A stretch of DNA of 32,000 bases, taken from NCBI RefSeq assembly GCF_963967315.1, contig NZ_OZ017288.1, forward strand, positions 330,001 through 362,000, read 5' to 3'. Source of the stretch: Candidatus Minimicrobia sp. QA0096. GTDB taxonomy: Bacteria; Patescibacteriota; Saccharimonadia; Saccharimonadales; Saccharimonadaceae. The translations under genes and the position numbers were made by a program. Every line of letters begins with the position of its first letter. Within the stretch, counting starts at the first letter, position 1. Of the stretch, positions 26,449 to 32,000 are shown piece by piece. The notes under the pieces were generated by a model. It was not told where the DNA came from. It searched no databases and was given only the letters and a program-made list of their open reading frames with translations.

Positions 26449-28604
26449 CGAACTGGCAACTTAAACCCAAAAGTGCTGCCTTTTCCTTCTTCTGATTCAA
26501 AGATCATTTCGCCGTCGTGCGATAAAATAACTTTCCTCGCCAAAAACAGACCAACACCAGTGCCGTCTGGTCGCTTTTTTCTGGCATTTGTGCCGCGGAA
26601 GAATTTGCCAAACAAATTTGCTTGCTCTGATTTTGGCACACCAATTCCCGAATCTTTTACCGTAAATTCAATCGCGCCATTACTATTTTTCAGAGAAATT
26701 ATTACCTTTTTGTGCGGATTTGAATAGTAAATAGCGTTGTCGATCATATTCAGCATAACTTGACGAATCTTCTCAGAGTCGGCCGTAATCAACGGAACTT
26801 TTTGATCAATCTTTAGATCCATTTCGACAGACCTCTGATCAGCCACAACCTTAAGCAACGCAACTTCATCCCGAAGAATTTGAGCAACGTCTGTCTTTTG
26901 TTTATCAATGTTAAATTTACCAGTCTGAAGCCTAGAAACATTAAGAAAGTCGTTTATTAGCCTCACCATTCGCTCGCTGGAAGAAAACGCCTCTCTAAGA
27001 ACCGCTCGCTGTGTCGGCGTAATCTTCCCCAAATCACCCTCCAGCATCATATCCAGATAACCTTTAATACTAGTCAACGGTGTCCTTAACTGATGTGAAG
27101 CCATAGAAATAAATTCGTTCTTCGCCTCGTCCAGTCGCTGAAGCTGTCGATTACTGAACCTCAACTCTTTCGTCGCCTCGTCAATTTTACGCTGCAAACT
27201 TTTATTCAACTCATTAATCTCTTCCAATGACAAAGAATTTCGAATCGACACCGCCAGCTCCCCAGCAATCGACTCCAGCATTTCAATATCGCGAGAACTA
27301 TATCCCAAGCTCTTATGCTCGCCCAGAAATAGAATTCCCGTTTCTTGATTTTGATGCAGCAGTGGCATAACAATTTTCGTGCGATGAATATCCAAAAGCT
27401 TCTTCAGTTCTGGATCTTTTACTTGATTCGCCAAAATAACTTCCGGAAAACTACAATTTTTATAATAGTAATCCATAATCCTGTGAATATCTTCCTCGAC
27501 AACAGATATTCGTCGCCGACCCGCCCGACCGTATATTCCTTTTTCCGGAATGCAAAACACCACTTTTTCCGCCTTAAGAGAAGTCGCTATATAATTGCCA
27601 ACACGTCGAGTTAGGAGTTGCAGATCCGCTGTATAGGTTAATATTTTACTAATCTCACGCGTAAACGTATCAGCGTCATATTCTCCGTAGTAAAAAACTC
27701 TATCAGTAAATTTATCAAAGATTTTCTTCACCGGTTGATATACGACCGCCAAAACCATAGCCAAAATCATATTCATAAGATTTACGTGACTATCAACCGT
27801 CAGGCTGCGTTGGAAAACCAAAATTGAAATGACATATGCAGAAATCACGTAAACGACAGCTAGTGCGATTAATAGCAACATATACGAAACGCTTCGAGCC
27901 ACCGCCATTTTTACATCCATCAATCGGTATCTGACGATGCTATACATAATTGCAAACAAGAAAATAATCGTAGCAATTGGACCAATCCATATATATCGAT
28001 AATCACCAAGCGCCGGAAGAAACAGATCCACTACAAAGCCAGGAATGCTACATATCAACAGACCAATCATGTAAATCGCGACTTGCTTGCGTCGAACAGA
28101 ATCTGATTTGCGCCATGCTATATGCCCAAAACACATAGAAACCAAGAAAAACACAGAGAAAAAAGTTGCAAAAATAACATAGTTGACTGCATGAATCGGA
28201 ATTCGAGAAAAATCTACTGGCGTGACGATTTCTGATGTATTAATAATAAACTCAGGAACCAAAATAATATATAGCGAAAAAATCGTTATCAGTATACTAG
28301 ACGCGCAGATAAAACTCTTCGTTGATTTTGTCGATGGAAGAAACGACTTTGTAGTAAAAATAGCCAATGCAGGACAAAAAACAGCCGAAGCTACATAAAA
28401 CCACCTAGACGCAGTGTCCAATGTTACTTCATTGTCCGCCAGAGAAAACACTTCAAGTCCAGCCGACCACACAGCCAAACATAAACAAACCAGAAAAAAC
28501 CAATACTTTGCATCATGACGATGCTTCGATTTTTTAAGTACAAGCACGCCCAAAATTAGCGCCATCAACGCAACCAATCCTAGCACTAACGCTCGTATCA
28601 TCAT
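26445..28604 (-). CDS. Sensor histidine kinase: polytopic N-terminal membrane domain (7TM-type), GAF domain, HisKA, HATPase_c
   Basis: About 8 hydrophobic helices fall in residues 1-265. A GAF-like region includes IVMPLLHQNQETGILFLGEHKS. The H-box is MASHQLRTPLTSIKGY, the N-box is NMIDNAIYYS, G1 is VKDSGIGVP and G2 is GTGVGLFLAR. Confidence 0.9.
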   Translation of the reverse strand: MMIRALVLGLVALMALILGVLVLKKSKHRHDAKYWFFLVCLCLAVWSAGLEVFSLADNEVTLDTASRWFYVASAVFCPALAIFTTKSFLPSTKSTKSFICASSILITIFSLYIILVPEFIINTSEIVTPVDFSRIPIHAVNYVIFATFFSVFFLVSMCFGHIAWRKSDSVRRKQVAIYMIGLLICSIPGFVVDLFLPALGDYRYIWIGPIATIIFLFAIMYSIVRYRLMDVKMAVARSVSYMLLLIALAVVYVISAYVISILVFQRSLTVDSHVNLMNMILAMVLAVVYQPVKKIFDKFTDRVFYYGEYDADTFTREISKILTYTADLQLLTRRVGNYIATSLKAEKVVFCIPEKGIYGRAGRRRISVVEEDIHRIMDYYYKNCSFPEVILANQVKDPELKKLLDIHRTKIVMPLLHQNQETGILFLGEHKSLGYSSRDIEMLESIAGELAVSIRNSLSLEEINELNKSLQRKIDEATKELRFSNRQLQRLDEAKNEFISMASHQLRTPLTSIKGYLDMMLEGDLGKITPTQRAVLREAFSSSERMVRLINDFLNVSRLQTGKFNIDKQKTDVAQILRDEVALLKVVADQRSVEMDLKIDQKVPLITADSEKIRQVMLNMIDNAIYYSNPHKKVIISLKNSNGAIEFTVKDSGIGVPKSEQANLFGKFFRGTNARKKRPDGTGVGLFLARKVILSHDGEMIFESEEGKGSTFGFKLPVR

Positions 28605-28614
28605 ACTAATGCTT

Positions 28615-28623
28615 ATTATAGCA
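28615..28623 (-). promoter_or_regulatory. Extended -10 promoter element for the kinase gene, inside a dyad
   Basis: The minus strand reads TGCTATAAT, then 10 nt, then ATGATG at 28604. The inverted repeat AATGCT-N6-AGCATT (28608-28625) is centred on it. Confidence 0.45.
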
Positions 28624-28630
28624 TTTTATT

Positions 28631-29980
28631 CTACGTTTCAATTGCAAAAACTGTGTAAACGCCGCTCGCGGTAACTGTAGCTTCAATAGATTCTTTTGGT
28701 ATGCCAGATTTTTGGAGCAATTTAAAGCCTTCTTTAATTGAGCGCATCCTAACTTTTGGAACCCACCCCATTAGTCCATGCAAAAATTCTTTTTGTGGGC
28801 GATTTACGTTCATATTGCCAGTAATCATTAGTCCACCGGTTCGTAAAAACTTCAATGATTCTCGTGTCAATTGTTTATAAACACCGTCTGGCAAATATTC
28901 TCGCAAGCCAGAATCTTCCGCAATATCCAGCTTACGATTGCCCAAAACTCCCTCCAAACTCAGAGGCTTGCCAAGCTTGCTGAATAATCGTTCACAATGA
29001 ACTTCAATCTTATCTTCCAAATTCCATTTCTTAGCCAAGCTCTGCGCCGCTGCTAGAGACAACGGATCTTGATCTAGCAAGATAACCGTCGGCGCCTCAC
29101 CCGTTTCATCTTTAAGTTTTTTCAACATCTTCAAAGTCGCCAGTCCCGTTCCGCAGCCAAAACTCATCACCAGCATATCATCAATCGAATGATTTTCTTT
29201 TTCCGCCACTTTCTTCAAATGGTCAATCGACAAACTATTCACCGTCTCTACCCGCTCACGAATACCAAGCGAATCCGCACAATGCCGAATGACGTTAGAA
29301 AACTTCTCAGTCACCGGCGCCTGAATAAATTCTCGAACTTCACTAATTCTCTTCTCCACTTCTTCAATAGCCGTCGCTTTATCCACACCGTTGTTGACTT
29401 TATCTTGAATCATAATTTCTGTCAGCAGCAAACCATTAATCTTCTCATCAAATACAGATTCATCCAGTGGACCACTCATAGTCGGATATTTATCTTCTGA
29501 CAATATTTCGCCAGTTTCATCAAAAACACTCAAATCCTCAGCTTCAGAAATTGTCAAAAACGTCAGTGCGGAACCTCGCTGATTGTGCCACGGCCGCGAA
29601 TCAGTTTGATCCTTACCGTATAGAAATTTATCGCGAAAAATCTCCAGATATGAATCTACAATATTACCCCATTTATTTTCTCTTACAAAAGGAATCTTTT
29701 CCAGGACACTCGCAAGTGCTACCGCCGCCAAATTTATATGGATAATATCTTTACGAACATCCTTTAATTCCGCTCCGCCTCGTTCCAGATAATTGTATAT
29801 GTCCTGAATTTTATCTGGATTATTATATGCAGGATCGGTCTTTTCTCCAATTTTAACCCTGCATTCCTCACTTCTAAGATCCGCAATTTCCTCGTTTAAT
29901 TTTTCATTAGCTTCATGATCAACTCCATTAAGAAAATCACCTGTTTCTGTAATATACTGTTCGCCTCTAAATTTTTCCAT
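28631..29980 (-). CDS. Class I SAM-dependent methyltransferase with a ~250-aa N-terminal domain of unknown function (449 aa)
   Basis: Rossmann MTase motifs in the C-terminal half: motif I is LVMSFGCGTGLAT, motif II is VILLDQD. Also DIAEDSGLREYLPD and LRTGGLMITGN. The N-terminal half is helical and unrecognised. Confidence 0.8.
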   Translation of the reverse strand: MEKFRGEQYITETGDFLNGVDHEANEKLNEEIADLRSEECRVKIGEKTDPAYNNPDKIQDIYNYLERGGAELKDVRKDIIHINLAAVALASVLEKIPFVRENKWGNIVDSYLEIFRDKFLYGKDQTDSRPWHNQRGSALTFLTISEAEDLSVFDETGEILSEDKYPTMSGPLDESVFDEKINGLLLTEIMIQDKVNNGVDKATAIEEVEKRISEVREFIQAPVTEKFSNVIRHCADSLGIRERVETVNSLSIDHLKKVAEKENHSIDDMLVMSFGCGTGLATLKMLKKLKDETGEAPTVILLDQDPLSLAAAQSLAKKWNLEDKIEVHCERLFSKLGKPLSLEGVLGNRKLDIAEDSGLREYLPDGVYKQLTRESLKFLRTGGLMITGNMNVNRPQKEFLHGLMGWVPKVRMRSIKEGFKLLQKSGIPKESIEATVTASGVYTVFAIET

Positions 29981-29987
29981 GCCAAAA

Positions 29988-29996
29988 ATTATAACA
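29988..29996 (-). promoter_or_regulatory. Extended -10 promoter element for the methyltransferase gene
   Basis: The minus strand reads TGTTATAAT, then 7 nt (ttttggc), then the ATG at 29980. Confidence 0.55.
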
Positions 29997-30005
29997 TAGT
30001 TTATG

Positions 30006-30014
30006 TGATATACT
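30006..30014 (+). promoter_or_regulatory. Extended -10 promoter element for the response regulator gene
   Basis: TGATATACT, then 6 nt (taaagc), then the ATG at 30021. Confidence 0.55.
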
Positions 30015-30020
30015 TAAAGC

Positions 30021-30392
30021 ATGATAAAAATCGCTATCATTGAAGACGACCCTACCATCAGCCAGATGTACCGAATGAAGTTCGAATCGGACGGGTTTGA
30101 CGTTCGCTTGGCCGCCAACGGACAAATCGGCATAGAAGTAGTCGAAAAGTTTCAGCCAGATATTATTTTGCTAGATTTACAAATGCCAGAAATGGACGGC
30201 GCGGAAGCCTTAAAGCGAATTAGGTCTAAAGATTGGGGCAAAACTATTCCCGTTATCGTCCTCACTAATCTCGGCGAAGAAGAAGCTCCGCGCGATTTGA
30301 AGAAATTAGGAATTCATAGCTACATCGTAAAAGCAAACCTCACGCCGCGCCAAGTTGTCGAGCAAGTCAAAGCCGCCATAAAAGCTGCTTAG
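30021..30392 (+). CDS. Stand-alone receiver-domain response regulator (CheY-like, no output domain)
   Basis: 123 aa. The acidic pocket is IEDD, the phospho-acceptor context is ILLDLQMPEMDG, and VLTN and IVKA are present. Confidence 0.9.
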   Translation: MIKIAIIEDDPTISQMYRMKFESDGFDVRLAANGQIGIEVVEKFQPDIILLDLQMPEMDGAEALKRIRSKDWGKTIPVIVLTNLGEEEAPRDLKKLGIHSYIVKANLTPRQVVEQVKAAIKAA

Positions 30393-31201
30393 TTTTTTGA
30401 TTGATTCGCAATTTTCAAACAAGCCGTAATTACATTATCAAACAGCGCAGAAACCGTTAATGGACCGACTCCGCCTTTTTTTGGTGTAATAATTACATCA
30501 TTACGCTGACGCACTTCTTCAGATACGTCGCCAACAATTTTTCCATTTTCCGAAGCAGTTCCCGCGTCAATAACAACCGCCTTAGTCTTAATCATCTGAC
30601 TTTTAATCAGCCCTGGAACTCCAGTTGCCGACACGATAATATCGTAATTTATCAATTGAGATAAATCGTCACCTTTTTCAAAAACCGTCACATCAACGCC
30701 AGACTTTAGCCACATTTTCTCAAGAGGCGCACCAACCAAACGGCCTCGCCCGACAATTGCGACTTTTTTATTTTTCAAGTCAACGCCATATCCAGCTAGC
30801 AGCCAACTAATAGCCGTTGGCGTGGCTGCCTGAAAAATCGCCCTCTTGCGCAGACCGTCAACATCTTTATCTTCTCGAATACTCTCGAGTAGTTCCTCAG
30901 TCTGACCAGGATTACTAATCGGCAATTGCAGAATTATTCCTTGAACATCGTCTCGATTGTTCAATTCTTGAATCACCTCCAAAGCACCGCCCGCAGGGAC
31001 TCGATGAATCTCCACGTCAATCAAAATATCAGCGCCATACCTCTGCTTCAAACGCATATACGTTTCAATGACTGGATTTTCGACATCAGTAACAATTGCC
31101 AAACGAGGATTAATGTGCCAAGCCTGCCTTAAAGCTCGCACCTGTTTCGCCTGGCGCTCCTTGATAAATCCAGCTAATTCTGAGCCATTTAGTTCTCTCA
31201 T
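30389..31201 (-). CDS. folD: Bifunctional 5,10-methylene-tetrahydrofolate dehydrogenase/cyclohydrolase
   Basis: Contains LQLPISN, VGRGRLVGAPL, VIDAG and ITPKKGGVGPLTV. I place the start at the ATG at 31201 (MRELNGSELAGFIKERQ) from the promoter spacing (ORF track: 31228). Confidence 0.93.
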   Translation of the reverse strand: MRELNGSELAGFIKERQAKQVRALRQAWHINPRLAIVTDVENPVIETYMRLKQRYGADILIDVEIHRVPAGGALEVIQELNNRDDVQGIILQLPISNPGQTEELLESIREDKDVDGLRKRAIFQAATPTAISWLLAGYGVDLKNKKVAIVGRGRLVGAPLEKMWLKSGVDVTVFEKGDDLSQLINYDIIVSATGVPGLIKSQMIKTKAVVIDAGTASENGKIVGDVSEEVRQRNDVIITPKKGGVGPLTVSALFDNVITACLKIANQSKN

Positions 31202-31209
31202 TGTCATTA

Positions 31210-31218
31210 AGTATAGCA
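31210..31218 (-). promoter_or_regulatory. Extended -10 promoter element for folD
   Basis: The minus strand reads TGCTATACT, then 8 nt (taatgaca), then the ATG at 31201. Confidence 0.5.
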
Positions 31219-31249
31219 ATTTTACCATCTTGAGTACAGATATAGTATG

Positions 31250-31258
31250 TGCTATAAT
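31250..31258 (+). promoter_or_regulatory. Extended -10 promoter element upstream of tRNA-His
   Basis: TGCTATAAT, 18 nt before G-1 of tRNA-His. Confidence 0.5.
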
Positions 31259-31276
31259 TTGAAAAGCTTGGTTTAT

Positions 31277-31355
31277 GGCGGATGTAGCTCAGTTTGGTTA
31301 GAGCGCTGGATTGTGGCTCCGGAGGCCGTGGGTTCGAACCCCATCATTCGCCCCA
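31277..31355 (+). tRNA. tRNA-His (anticodon GUG) with genome-encoded G-1 and CCA
   Basis: Reads g GCGGATG TA GCTC AGTTTGGTTA GAGC G CTGGA TTGTGGC TCCGG AGGCC GTGGG TTCGAAC CCCAT CATTCGC C CCA. G-1 pairs with C73, as is typical of bacterial tRNA-His. Confidence 0.93.
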
Positions 31356-31426
31356 AGTTTTACAACAATTTATTCACACCGATAAATTATTTTCAATAAA
31401 ACGGTAGACATTTTTATTAATTGTTG

Positions 31427-31432
31427 TATAAT
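31427..31432 (+). promoter_or_regulatory. -10 box immediately upstream of tRNA-Lys
   Basis: TATAAT, then 8 nt (gaaatcgt), then the mature 5' G of tRNA-Lys at 31441. Confidence 0.45.
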
Positions 31433-31440
31433 GAAATCGT

Positions 31441-31517
31441 GGGCCAGTAGCTCAGCTGGTTAGAGCACCTGCCTCTTAAGCAGGGTGTCGAGGGTTCGAG
31501 CCCCTCCTGGCCCTCCA
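31441..31517 (+). tRNA. tRNA-Lys (anticodon CUU), CCA encoded
   Basis: Reads GGGCCAG TA GCTC AGCTGGTTA GAGC A CCTGC CTCTTAA GCAGG GTGTC GAGGG TTCGAGC CCCTC CTGGCCC T CCA. Confidence 0.93.
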
Positions 31518-31550
31518 AAAAATAACCTCACACGAAGTGAGGATTTTTTA
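31518..31550. terminator. Bidirectional intrinsic terminator between tRNA-Lys and the convergent 136-aa ORF
   Basis: The stem pairs CCTCAC (31526-31531) with GTGAGG (31537-31542) around the loop acgaa. It is followed by ATTTTTTA on the plus strand and by TTATTTTTT on the minus strand. Confidence 0.75.
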
Positions 31551-31551
31551 T

Positions 31552-31962
31552 TTATCCAAACGGATTATATCCACGAGAAGGTGGTTCATGAAAAGTAGTT
31601 CGATTAGCGTTAAACGATTGACGAGAGTTATTCGCACCTGACGGAACACTGTTATTTTGTAGACCATTGACTCGTCGATTCCCGCCAGACAGACCAGCGT
31701 CATCAGGATTGTTGTTAGCGACTCTCGACCGAGGCGCTACACTTATTTCCGCACCAAATCGTCTTCGATTGTCATAATTATTGGCAGATATCGAAGATCC
31801 GTATCCTTTAATATATCGGCGCTCCGAATTCACGCTACGATTAGCGGTCGGCATTCTGCCCGTATCTCCATACGCTTTAAAACCATCAATTGATCTTCTT
31901 AAGGAGCCAGATAACCTAATCATCATTTCCCGCGTCATTTGCGGTTTTTTATTCGCATCCAT
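31552..31962 (-). CDS. Hypothetical Asn/Arg/Ser/Gly-rich low-complexity basic protein, 136 aa
   Basis: GGGGGA SD lies 4 nt before the ATG, and a terminator lies directly after the stop. Composition predicts disorder. No family recognised. It could still be non-coding. Confidence 0.5.
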   Translation of the reverse strand: MDANKKPQMTREMMIRLSGSLRRSIDGFKAYGDTGRMPTANRSVNSERRYIKGYGSSISANNYDNRRRFGAEISVAPRSRVANNNPDDAGLSGGNRRVNGLQNNSVPSGANNSRQSFNANRTTFHEPPSRGYNPFG

Positions 31963-32000
31963 ATATCCCCCATTAGTTATATGAAATGGCGCCCCGAGTA

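Overview
Very gene-dense housekeeping segment of a small, streamlined bacterial genome. There are 31 CDS (28 on the minus strand) and 3 tRNAs. I found no CRISPR array, transposase, integrase or phage genes. Genetic code is standard: TGA terminates mltG, pcrA and the 145-aa ORF. Protein sequences and the degree of compaction suggest Patescibacteria/CPR, most like Saccharibacteria (TM7); this is inference only, since no search was possible.

Gene order on the minus strand, read from high to low coordinates:
- a 136-aa low-complexity ORF
- folD
- SAM-methyltransferase, then a 7TM-GAF histidine kinase
- pyk-pgk-tpiA, a 412-aa disordered tail-anchored ORF, then pcrA
- two tandem DUF348/G5 cell-wall proteins, then rsmA
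- metG-tatD and two unknown ORFs (111 aa, 145 aa)
- cysteine desulfurase, a DUF218 protein, then mnmA
- rpsP
- alaS
- an ftsA-like ATPase, a 543-aa membrane ORF, then ruvX and mltG
- a LysM-CHAP hydrolase
- obg
- the 5' end of a DEDD exonuclease gene

On the plus strand are two small membrane ORFs, a stand-alone response regulator, tRNA-His and tRNA-Lys. tRNA-Glu is on the minus strand.

The main sequence-level observation is that almost every operon-first gene begins 6-10 nt downstream of an extended -10 box (TGnTATAAT) with no Shine-Dalgarno, implying leaderless mRNAs. Operon-internal genes carry strong SDs instead.

The best candidates for undescribed biology are:
- the kinase / methyltransferase / orphan-receiver cluster
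- the ftsA-like + 543-aa module inserted into the conserved alaS-ruvX-mltG block
- the tandem G5 muralytic paralogs, which share a 100-nt near-identical island
- the structured long leader of the LysM-CHAP gene
- two unknown ORFs translationally coupled to metG-tatD

None of these functional proposals can be verified without database or structure searches.
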